The notes beneath the pieces were generated by a model that was not told where the DNA came from, ran no database searches, and was given only the letters and a program-made list of their open reading frames with translations. The translations under genes were made by a program, and so were the position numbers. Of a stretch of DNA of 64,000 nt, positions 47,602-56,218 are shown piece after piece. Numbering within the stretch: position 1 is the first letter of the stretch; every line of letters begins with the position of its first letter. Origin of the DNA: Deinococcales bacterium. GTDB taxonomy: Bacteria > Deinococcota > Deinococci > Deinococcales > JAAFIG01. The DNA is taken from assembly GCA_043778225.1 (NCBI GenBank), contig JAYWGM010000075.1, positions 1 through 64,000 of the forward strand, in the 5' to 3' direction.

Positions 47602-48123
47602 ATGCTAACTATTTCTCAAGTCAACTCAGAAGCCGAAATTGTAGCTGTTCAAGAACTAATGCGCGAATACGCAACGTGGGCTTTCACACTCATCCCGGGC
47701 AGTAATGAAGCGCCTACTTGGGAGGGATTCGACGAGGAGTTGGCGACATTACCCGGTATTTATGCACCACCAGGGCGTTTACTACTAGCCATGCAAGATG
47801 GAAAGCCAGCAGGGTGTGTATGTCTCAAAGCACATGATGCCAATACCAGTGAACTCAAGCGGCTCTACGTGCGTCCCATCTTTCGGGGACAAAACATTGG
47901 TCAGCAATTAGTCAAAATTCTTGTTAAAGAGGCACGTCAATCCAGATATCAACGGATCGTGCTGGATAGCCACGCTTCGATGAAAAAAGCACATGCAATC
48001 TATTTGGAAGTTGGATTTAGATTGGTGAGCGCCCCGAATGATTTTCCAGAGGAACTCAAACCAGTTGTGGTGTTCATGGAGTGTGATCTATCTGATGCAA
48101 CCAATGAAAATGAAGTAGATTGA
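47602..48123 (+). CDS. GNAT family N-acetyltransferase
   Basis: ELATLPGIYAPP, ELKRLYVRP.FRGQNIG. Confidence 0.92.
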   Translation: MLTISQVNSEAEIVAVQELMREYATWAFTLIPGSNEAPTWEGFDEELATLPGIYAPPGRLLLAMQDGKPAGCVCLKAHDANTSELKRLYVRPIFRGQNIGQQLVKILVKEARQSRYQRIVLDSHASMKKAHAIYLEVGFRLVSAPNDFPEELKPVVVFMECDLSDATNENEVD

Positions 48124-48502
48124 AAGTGTTACAGACTTTATTCGCACTGCGCCCAACTCAGCGTGTAGCCGACCCGTCCAGTTGCATCCAGAGAAGGCTT
48201 TTTTTGCACAATAGATAACGCAAAACCAAAAATATTTGAACCACTATGTCAAAACATGATTTGCCACTGAGACTGTTGGTAATGTCCAAAAAAACCTAAC
48301 AAAGCAGGGATCTATTCAAATGATTAGATGATCTTCCGTTTCATACACAACCCTCTTGGAATTTACATAAGCAATATCAGTTTTTTTCTGTTTACGACAC
48401 TGATTTTCTGGTTCCTCGAGAAATCAATCAAATCAATTCACAACTTGCTTAAAAATACACTCTTCCCAAAGTTGCTTGGCAGTACACAATTGCAAAAAAC
48501 TC

Positions 48503-48660
48503 AAGAAAATACCTCACGCAATCATTTTCGCATTTACCAAGATTTTGACATGCTTAACTCCTGACAAGAAATTGCTTACATTCAGCTTCAAAATCGAAAA
48601 CCCAAAGTCCCAGAACGCCCCTGAAGTCGAAAGAAGCGACGTGTCAAATACTGTCTGCCC
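48503..48660 (+). repeat. Duplicated non-coding block, copy 2
   Basis: As copy 1, with about 45 extra bp between the two sub-blocks. Confidence 0.9.
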
Positions 48661-48773
48661 GCGCCCTAAGCCCTCTCGCAAAAGAGAAATTTTATGGTTC
48701 AGATCATCGTTCACCACACCCTCACCGATTGCGCCAGATTCAAGCCCAACTCGAGCAAATAAAGGAGCAACAC

Positions 48774-49043
48774 ATGACACAACTTTTAGTCAAACATGCC
48801 GTCAGAGACTTCAACCTCTGGAAAACCGTCTACGACTCGCTGGCGGACCTGCGAGACCAGCATGGCTTTGTTAGTTCCCGCATCTTGCGAGACGCGGATA
48901 ACCCCAATCAGGTCGTGGTAATCGAGGAATACCGCACGCTCGAGGGAGCCAAAAACTTCGCACAATCTACAGCGTTGCGTGTGGCAATGGGTCATGGGGG
49001 TGTGATCAGTACGCCCGACATTACCTTTCTCGAGTCCGTTTGA
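48774..49043 (+). CDS. Small ABM/cyclase-like protein, paralog of 47085-47369
   Basis: AAGGAG RBS; VKHAVRDFNLWKTVYD...NPN...AMGHGGV..PD. Confidence 0.8.
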   Translation: MTQLLVKHAVRDFNLWKTVYDSLADLRDQHGFVSSRILRDADNPNQVVVIEEYRTLEGAKNFAQSTALRVAMGHGGVISTPDITFLESV

Positions 49044-49109
49044 ATCAACACTGAACCAGACCTCGCTCGAAACCAATTTCAACTGCAAACCACACCACAG
49101 GAGGAAATC

Positions 49110-49691
49110 ATGAATCGTCGTCAAATGCTCAAATTGGGACTGTCCAGCGCCGCCACAAGCATGATCGTACCCGCTTTGCCCGGATTACTCTCGAGCGCCA
49201 GCGCCCAAGCCCTCGTGCCTGCCTTCGGCACCCGTCGCTCCATTGAAAACAGCGTTTATTACAACGGAAACGTCTTCAGTTTCCTCGCCGACTCGAGAGC
49301 CACTAGCGGAAGTTACGCGATGTATGAGGTAACTATCCGTCAAGGTCTCGAGCCGCCACCGCACACGCACACCCGCGAGGACGAAATCTTCTTGATCCTA
49401 GAAGGCGAGGCAACTTTTAAAAGCGGCAATGTCACCGACGAAGGCAAACCTGGCGACCACATCTTCCAACCGCGCAACGAATTGCACTCGTTCAAAATCA
49501 AAACCCCAACCCTACACGCCATCATCATGGTCACACCAGGCGGACTCGAGAAGGCGTTCCAAGCGCGGGGCAAACCCGTGACCTCGCTCGAGTTGCCACC
49601 AGTACCCGCACCGCCCACGCCCGAACAGATCGCAGCGACTTTCAAGTTCTTCGCGGACAACTACGGCGTTATCTACGCACCGAGACAGTAA
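49110..49691 (+). CDS. Cupin domain protein (quercetinase-like) with Tat signal
   Basis: NRRQML, PPHTHTREDE, PRNELHSF, TPGGLE. Confidence 0.85.
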   Translation: MNRRQMLKLGLSSAATSMIVPALPGLLSSASAQALVPAFGTRRSIENSVYYNGNVFSFLADSRATSGSYAMYEVTIRQGLEPPPHTHTREDEIFLILEGEATFKSGNVTDEGKPGDHIFQPRNELHSFKIKTPTLHAIIMVTPGGLEKAFQARGKPVTSLELPPVPAPPTPEQIAATFKFFADNYGVIYAPRQ

Positions 49692-49723
49692 GCGTCAGAG
49701 CGCATTGTGCCACCACCGCTTAA

Positions 49724-50094
49724 AAAACACTCGGTCGTGGCGAAGCTGACCCCGATTGCGAAACAAAACGGACTGGAGATTTTAGATCCTCCCGGCGCAT
49801 CGAAGGCTTAAAGCTCGAGAATGTCCAAATTCGGGTACTCGAGACGTTGATTCGCCCCAATGAAGAAACAGCCGTGCATACCCACATTTGGTCTGGGGTT
49901 TTGTACATCATCTCTTGGAGCGATTTTATTCGTTATGACGAGCATCGCAATGTCATGATGGATTCGAGCCGCATGACAAGTGCGCCACTTGAGGGAAGGG
50001 AACGGCAATTCTGGCTACACCTCTGCCGCCGCATTCACTGCGAAATGTTGGAACTAAAAACATTCATGTCGTTCTGACTGAATTCAAAACCTGA
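49724..50094 (+). pseudogene. Cupin gene remnants
   Basis: AKLTPIAKQNGLEILDPPG* fragment, then LENVQIRVLETLIRP..VHTH..WSDFIRYD, frameshifting into PLPPHSLRNVG..TEFKT*. Confidence 0.6.
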
Positions 50095-50163
50095 CTTCGC
50101 CTCGAGTCTGAAAGGACAGCCCTGTTTGGTATATACTCTCGGTAATACCATCAGGAGGTCTTT

Positions 50164-50403
50164 ATGATTGCCACTGCCAAGCTATTTAAGAATGGACGAA
50201 GCCAAGCCGTCCGACTGCCAAAAGAATTTCGTTTTGAAGGTACAGAAGTGCTGATTGAAAAAGTTGGGAATACAATTGTTCTTACCCCAAAAGAAAATCG
50301 TTGGGACAGAATGTTGGCGGCACTGGAAATGTTTGACGGTGCAGATATTGAACGCAACCAACCATCTGCTCAAGAACGCGATTGGGGAGATTTGTGGGAA
50401 TAG
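50164..50403 (+). CDS. vapB: VapB antitoxin (AbrB/MazE-type)
   Basis: AKLFKNGRSQAVRLPKEFRF. Confidence 0.95.
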   Translation: MIATAKLFKNGRSQAVRLPKEFRFEGTEVLIEKVGNTIVLTPKENRWDRMLAALEMFDGADIERNQPSAQERDWGDLWE

Positions 50404-50801
50404 ATTTTATGCTTGATACAAACATTTGTATTTACATAATAAAGAATCACCCACCAAAAGTCAGACAAATACTCGAGCAGAAAAAGGATTTTGAGATTGT
50501 CCTTTCAACTGCTGTGGTTTTTGAACTCCAATATGGTATCGAAAAAAGTCTGGCTCGAGAAAAGAACCAAATTGCGTTGGAGGAATTTTTGATAGGTTTT
50601 GAAATTGCTACTTTTGATAGAGCCGCCGCAACTCGAGCCGCAAGTATTCGGGCTGGACTTGAAAGAAAAGGAACGCCAATTGGTGCGTATGATTACCTGA
50701 TTGCGGCTCATGCCCTTGAGTTAGGCGCAACTTTAGTCACCAATAACCTCAAAGAATTTAGGCGAGTGCAAGGCTTACACCTCGAGAATTGGTTTGCTTA
50801 G
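50394..50801 (+). CDS. vapC: VapC PIN-domain toxin
   Basis: MLDTNICIY, GTPIGAYDYLIAAHA, LVTNNLKEF. GTG start after GGGGAG. Confidence 0.95.
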   Translation: MGIDFMLDTNICIYIIKNHPPKVRQILEQKKDFEIVLSTAVVFELQYGIEKSLAREKNQIALEEFLIGFEIATFDRAAATRAASIRAGLERKGTPIGAYDYLIAAHALELGATLVTNNLKEFRRVQGLHLENWFA

Positions 50802-51111
50802 TTAAGCGACACGACTCAAGTACCCACGCCAAGATACGCATCTTATCTCGAGGTTTGCCACAGACCCCGACGAATTTAAAAACACACCGATTCGTTCTCT
50901 ACGATTTGTCAGTGATGCAGAAGGTCATGTTGTCAAAGCCGAAATGTTCGGACGAGGTACGAGACTATCAAAAAATCTTGAATCACTTTATCCAAATTCT
51001 GTAGAATTGGTAAAAAATATGTCCATCACAACTTAATTTTGTATTACGCGCTGTGAGCCTCGAGAAGCCGCCTTGAAATTGGCTCGAGGGTTCTAACACC
51101 TTATAATCTGG

Positions 51112-52164
51112 TCACTCGAGGTCATCACGCATTTTTTCCATTTTCTCGAGGGCTTCGCGTCTGGTCTCCATGTCCATCTTGGCATAAATAGCCGAAGTAT
51201 TGACACTGGCATGACCGAGTAAATCTGCAACAACGTGTAAATCCTTGGTGGCTCGGTACAAGTGCGTTCCAGCAGTTCGCCGCAGCGTATGCAGTCCCCA
51301 CATCTCACTTGGTAGCCCAGCGCCCACGTAATAACCCTTGGCTATAAATCTTGCGCCATGCGTGGTTAAACGCCGTCCGTGACGCTGATTCCTCGAGATA
51401 CTGACAATCAGTGCTTTTTCGATTTCAGGAATTTCACCGCGCAATTCAAGACCACCCCGCACCTCGAGCCAACGCTTCAATAAAAGAATCAATTCGTTAG
51501 CAATCGGTATAATGCGTTTTTTGCCGCCTTTACCGCTTTGGACTGTGATTCGTTTAAGACTAATTTCAACGTCGGTCACATCTAAACTAATGATTTCTTT
51601 GGCTCGCAACCCACCCGAGCCACCAAGCGCAATTAAAAGTCCATCTCGAGTACGACGCGGGTCGTCCACATTGTACTTCTCGAGTGGTGCATTAACAATT
51701 TCACGGTACAGGGCAGGGGAGAGCGCCGACTTTTTCAAATGGGCTGGGGTGGGGTCTCGAGGGGCTTTGACCTCGGCGGCAGGATTGACTGTTGTGGCTT
51801 TTGCCCAAATTAAAGCGCGATACAAACAACGAACACCATTTAAGTACGTGATGATGCTCCCAGCTTTCATGCCCTCAGCTTGCAAAGTCACCAACCAAGT
51901 TTCCATATCATCCGCCTCGAGCCGTGTGACCTCGAGCCGATTAGAAGCTCGGCTACAAAACTCGAGAAAGCGCTTGACCGACGCAGCATAGAGGAGACGA
52001 GTATCGTTAGAAGTTAAGGCTTTACGCGCACTTTTTAGGGTTAAGTAATGGTTTAGTAACTCGAGCAGGGTAGCCAAGTCTTGTTCGTGTGCGGCGCGGA
52101 CAGCTTCGCGTTTACGGTTTTCAGCAGATTGGAATTTACTGGAAAGAACTAGCTCGAGACTCAT
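51112..52164 (-). CDS. Tyrosine recombinase (Deinococcus-Thermus Xer-like integrase)
   Basis: GLRAKE (R), GKGGK (K), HTLRR (HxxR), LLGH..TSAIY (H, Y). No IntI-specific insert seen. Confidence 0.92.
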   Translation of the reverse strand: MSLELVLSSKFQSAENRKREAVRAAHEQDLATLLELLNHYLTLKSARKALTSNDTRLLYAASVKRFLEFCSRASNRLEVTRLEADDMETWLVTLQAEGMKAGSIITYLNGVRCLYRALIWAKATTVNPAAEVKAPRDPTPAHLKKSALSPALYREIVNAPLEKYNVDDPRRTRDGLLIALGGSGGLRAKEIISLDVTDVEISLKRITVQSGKGGKKRIIPIANELILLLKRWLEVRGGLELRGEIPEIEKALIVSISRNQRHGRRLTTHGARFIAKGYYVGAGLPSEMWGLHTLRRTAGTHLYRATKDLHVVADLLGHASVNTSAIYAKMDMETRREALEKMEKMRDDLE

Positions 52165-52706
52165 GTTTCTATACCGATTTGTTCTTTGAATAAATCAAAT
52201 AAATCACCAAGCTGGTCAGGAAATCCCCAACCCATATCTGAGGTTGACTTAACAATTTTTTGAAGTTGAGCCATGTACACCCGTGGTGTTGGATGTTTTG
52301 CAATTTGTTTTAAGACTTCTTCAAAAACAGTTTCAATACTAATGTAAAATTGCTCGTCAATATCACCATATGTTGCGGTACACCGAATTCCCATTTCTAC
52401 AAAGTGCAACTGAATTGCTATGGCTTCTTGTATTGGAGCAACTTTGATATATTGTCGCATTGCTTTACGAGCCGCACCTGTTTTACAACTTGGAAAGCCC
52501 CGTGGTGGGTCAAAGGCTTTTTCGATTTCTTTCATCACAGGCGCTTCTAAAGCCTCAAGGCTGGCTTGTTTATCCACCACACCCATGAGAAAGGATTTAT
52601 TGGGAGTGGATAAATCATAGAATTGTTTGATAAGCTCGAGTAAATCGGTACTATCAAAGTTTTGCAGTTCTTTTTTAATGGCTGTCCAAGTTGGTTTTGT
52701 AGGCAT
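52161..52706 (-). CDS. Conserved hypothetical protein (DUF6155-like)
   Basis: ELIKQFY, ARKA, TYGDIDEQFY, MGWG. Stop overlaps the recombinase start. Confidence 0.65.
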   Translation of the reverse strand: MPTKPTWTAIKKELQNFDSTDLLELIKQFYDLSTPNKSFLMGVVDKQASLEALEAPVMKEIEKAFDPPRGFPSCKTGAARKAMRQYIKVAPIQEAIAIQLHFVEMGIRCTATYGDIDEQFYISIETVFEEVLKQIAKHPTPRVYMAQLQKIVKSTSDMGWGFPDQLGDLFDLFKEQIGIET

Positions 52707-52788
52707 AGATTAAATTATAGCATATAGATTCGTTTACTGAAAGAAAGGTAAGTATAATTTTGAGCCTCAAGAAGTTCTAAACTAAACC

Positions 52789-53871
52789 ATGACTGGACTC
52801 GAGCGACTGATTGCTAACCCTAAGAACCTTGGACGTGCTGCGCTGTACACCAACCACACAGGGGTGACTCGAGACTTTACGCCAGCAGCAGTAGCCATTC
52901 AAAAGGCTGGGATGAAACTCGAGAAACTGTTCGCGCCAGAGCATGGTATCGATGGAAGTGGTAAGGAAGGCGAAGCCCCAGAGGTGGCGTTCGATACTGC
53001 CAGTGGTTTACCAGTAGTCACACTTTATGACAAGTCACCCTCCGAGGTTGTTTCAGCACTCGAGGGCTTAACGTGTGTGCTGTTTGATATTCAAAGCGTT
53101 GGGACACGTTTTTACACCTACTTAGCGAGTCTGGCACGACTGCTCGAGGCGTGCCGTGAAGCTGAAGTTCCTTTGATTGTGCTTGACCGCCCTAATCCCA
53201 ACGGAAACCGTATTGAAGGCGCAATGCTCGAGCCAAGTTACGCTTCGTTTGTCGGTATCCCAGATGTACCGTTGCGCTTTGGACTGACCTATGGCGAAAT
53301 GGCAATTCACTTATCGAATGATTGGGATGGTCTCGAGGTGATTCAATGCGATTTGTCTGACCCTCTCACTTGGGTTGCACCTAGCCCCAATATGCCAACG
53401 CTCGAGACCGTGGCGCTTTACCCCGGAATGTGTTTACTCGAGGGTACGGATTGGTCTGAAGGTCGCGGTACAGCCCTCCCCTTTCAAGTTTTTGGTGCGC
53501 CAAATGTGGATGCCCATGGTTTGGTCAAAAGATTAAATGCGCTCGAGTTACAGGGTCTGCGTTTTCGAGCGACATATTTCACGCCAACTTATCAAAAACA
53601 CAATGCTTTACTTTGTGCTGGAGCGCAAATTCATGTTATCGGGCAACTCGAGGATATGCTACCAATTGGGCTGAGTATCCTAACAGTGGCACAGGAGTTT
53701 GGGGCAGAGTATAAGTTGGCATGGTTGCAAAAGCTGCTGGGTACGGGCATTCTCGAGTCGGATTTAACCTTAGAGAACATCCCAAATCTGATTCGGGCTT
53801 GGAATGAAGCGACAAAACGCAGTTGGGTGATGGAAGGTATTTTATATCCTCGGGATTTAATCTTGTCTTGA
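52789..53871 (+). CDS. Exo-beta-N-acetylmuramidase NamZ (DUF1343) family
   Basis: TNHTG, FAPEHG, DIQSVGTRFYTY, LDRPNP, PSPNMP, SEGRGT. Confidence 0.9.
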   Translation: MTGLERLIANPKNLGRAALYTNHTGVTRDFTPAAVAIQKAGMKLEKLFAPEHGIDGSGKEGEAPEVAFDTASGLPVVTLYDKSPSEVVSALEGLTCVLFDIQSVGTRFYTYLASLARLLEACREAEVPLIVLDRPNPNGNRIEGAMLEPSYASFVGIPDVPLRFGLTYGEMAIHLSNDWDGLEVIQCDLSDPLTWVAPSPNMPTLETVALYPGMCLLEGTDWSEGRGTALPFQVFGAPNVDAHGLVKRLNALELQGLRFRATYFTPTYQKHNALLCAGAQIHVIGQLEDMLPIGLSILTVAQEFGAEYKLAWLQKLLGTGILESDLTLENIPNLIRAWNEATKRSWVMEGILYPRDLILS

Positions 53872-53925
53872 AATTTATGGCTAAACACGTCAGAATGCAG
53901 GTCTACAAAAATTGAGGAGGATAGT

Positions 53926-55665
53926 ATGCAACTAAAAAATCGTTTTGCGTTGGTGTTCAGTGCTTTGGCAGCCGTCGCCGTAGCCCAAGGCAGTATTCCC
54001 GCGACCGTTCCCGCCGTGATGTTTCAACAAGAAGGTAAACGTGGTGGCGTTTTTACCCAAGCCATTACCACTGCGCCCGTCACCTTTAATTATTATAATG
54101 CGATAGACGGTGCAACCCAAACGGTTCTGAACAATGTCTTCGACAGACTTTTAACCTTAAATCCATACACCAATAAAATCTATCCAAATTTGGTCGAATC
54201 TTGGCAGTTTTCAGAAGATGGCTTGGTTTTAACGATGCGTTTGCGCGATATAAAATGGTCGGATGGTACGCCCATGACTGCTGATGATGTGCTGTTTACG
54301 GTGGATGACCTTGCCAATAATCCAAACTTACGGGCAAATTTTACCACCCAGTTGCGAATTGGTGGCAAGTCTTTGGTTTTTGAAAAAATCAATGCTCGAG
54401 CCTTTAAAATCATCATGCCAGTCCAGTATGGCGCGATTCTCAATGTCCTGACTTTTTTCCCAATCATGCCAAAGCATAAACTCGAGCAATTTGACCCCAA
54501 AGGTAAACCAGCCGAATTTGCTCGAGCTTGGGCAACTGACTCTAAATTATCCGAGATTGTTGGCACAGGTCCGTTTGTGTTATCAAGTTATGTGGCAAAT
54601 CAAAAAGTGACGATGGGGCGCAATCCCAACTCTTGGCGCAAAGACCCTTCGGACAATCAACTGCCCTACACCGATAAACTCGAGTATTTGGTGATTAACT
54701 CGCCAGAAGCCCAAATTGCCCAACTTAAAGCGGGTACTTTAGATAGCCTAAGCATCACTGGGGCGCAGTTTCCAGACCTCAAAGCCGCCGAAGTGCGCGA
54801 CAATAAAGTCAAAGTCTTGCGCGGCATCGGCTTAAACAGCCCACCGTGGCATTGGTCGTTTAATATGGACTCGAGCAACCCAGATTTAGCCAAAGTCTTT
54901 AGGGACCTTAAATTCCGTCAAGCCATGAATCTGGCACTCAACCGCGAGCGCGTGATCGAAAGTGTGTTTAATGGTTTAGCCAGTTTACCCGGACATGGGG
55001 TTGCCCCAACTTCGGATTGGTACTTTAATACCCGCGATTATTTTCCCAAGTGGAATCTCAAGGCAGCCGACGACTTATTGGATAGTATCGGCTTAAAAGA
55101 TACCGATGGTGATGGTGTTCGCAATCTTGGTTCTGGCAAGCAACTCGAGTTTTCTTTGACCCACGCGGCTGACTCGAGTGTTGCTCCAGCCATGGGCGCA
55201 ATCATTCAAAATGACTTAAAGCAAATCGGGGTTCGGGTCAATCTGCGTGGTGTGGCAGGAAATACGGTGCTTGGAACTGGGCAAGCTGGTAATTTTGACA
55301 GCATTCTATTGACATTTGGCGATCAACCCGACCCACAATTGCGTAAGGATATTTGGCAACCCGGGCGAGGCTTAAATTATTGGCGCAAGAGCTTACAGCC
55401 ACAAGGTACAGCCGCGATTAACACCAAAAATATGTTCCCCTACGAACGCCGTATTTTTCAGATTTTTGAAGAAGCCGAACGGCTTGGCGACCAAAATCGC
55501 CGTAAAGCCCTGTACGACGAGTGGCAAGTCTTATTTGCTAAGCATATGCCCGTTATTTTAATTACCAAGCCAGATGTTTTGGCAGTCGCCAATAACCGCA
55601 TTGGCAACTTTTTTGCTCGAGATAACCGAGTTTTATGGAGTCCAGCAACGGTCTACGAAAAATAA
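53926..55665 (+). CDS. Peptide/nickel ABC transporter substrate-binding protein (SBP family 5)
   Basis: GAGGAGG RBS, signal peptide, KWSDGTPMTADDV, GTGPF. No permease genes adjacent. Confidence 0.9.
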   Translation: MQLKNRFALVFSALAAVAVAQGSIPATVPAVMFQQEGKRGGVFTQAITTAPVTFNYYNAIDGATQTVLNNVFDRLLTLNPYTNKIYPNLVESWQFSEDGLVLTMRLRDIKWSDGTPMTADDVLFTVDDLANNPNLRANFTTQLRIGGKSLVFEKINARAFKIIMPVQYGAILNVLTFFPIMPKHKLEQFDPKGKPAEFARAWATDSKLSEIVGTGPFVLSSYVANQKVTMGRNPNSWRKDPSDNQLPYTDKLEYLVINSPEAQIAQLKAGTLDSLSITGAQFPDLKAAEVRDNKVKVLRGIGLNSPPWHWSFNMDSSNPDLAKVFRDLKFRQAMNLALNRERVIESVFNGLASLPGHGVAPTSDWYFNTRDYFPKWNLKAADDLLDSIGLKDTDGDGVRNLGSGKQLEFSLTHAADSSVAPAMGAIIQNDLKQIGVRVNLRGVAGNTVLGTGQAGNFDSILLTFGDQPDPQLRKDIWQPGRGLNYWRKSLQPQGTAAINTKNMFPYERRIFQIFEEAERLGDQNRRKALYDEWQVLFAKHMPVILITKPDVLAVANNRIGNFFARDNRVLWSPATVYEK

Positions 55666-55787
55666 TCCAGCAGCTAAGAACGGCAATCTTGCACACAGAA
55701 GCTGTTTTTACGTTAGACTGTAAGGCGTTGCACCAGTTCATGGTCTGTTTTCGTCAATCACTCAACAAGTTTTTTGGAGGTCTCGAG

Positions 55788-56144
55788 ATGAAGTTATTAC
55801 TGGTTGGTTTCGTTGCACTGCTTGCTTTTACGTCCTGCGCTCCAGATTTGAATCGTCCCACACTGCGTCCTGTGATTATCAAACTTTCTGAACCCGCTAA
55901 AATTGGCGAAACCGTCACGATTCAAGGTCGCTACCTTGGCAGCAAAGAAAATGGCTTGGTTTTATTTAATGCTGATGCGCTTGGTAAAAGCGGAGTCAAT
56001 GCAGGCACAGCTGATGTCATTTCTTGGACTGCTTCGGAAATCCAAGTAAAAATTCCGATTGAAGCTCGTCCCGGCGGGAATTTCTTGTTTGTCAGCGTCG
56101 GTGGAATTCTCAGCAATGGTATGGCATACAGCGTCACTAAGTAA
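55788..56144 (+). CDS. Small lipoprotein with IPT/TIG domain
   Basis: GGAGG RBS, lipobox FTSC, GETVTIQG, SWTASEIQVKIP. Confidence 0.8.
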   Translation: MKLLLVGFVALLAFTSCAPDLNRPTLRPVIIKLSEPAKIGETVTIQGRYLGSKENGLVLFNADALGKSGVNAGTADVISWTASEIQVKIPIEARPGGNFLFVSVGGILSNGMAYSVTK

Positions 56145-56153
56145 ATTAACTCG

Positions 56154-56190
56154 AGGACGAAAGCGACTAGGCTTTCGTCCTTATTCTTTT
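56154..56190 (+). terminator. Intrinsic terminator
   Basis: AGGACGAAAGC...GCTTTCGTCCT followed by a T-rich tail. Confidence 0.75.
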
Positions 56191-56218
56191 CTGGTTCAAG
56201 CCACAGTAGAATCAGGTC

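Noticed and set aside
48328..48780. ORFs 48328-48564, 48476-48874 and 48514-48780
   Set aside because: No protein-like features; they span the duplicated non-coding block, whose other copy does not preserve them.
50810..51000. ORF 50789-51004 or another gene fragment after vapC
   Set aside because: Possibly a remnant, but no family could be supported.
51112..52164. Integron integrase with cassette array
   Set aside because: Lacks the IntI-specific insertion, and only one partial attC-like sequence was seen.
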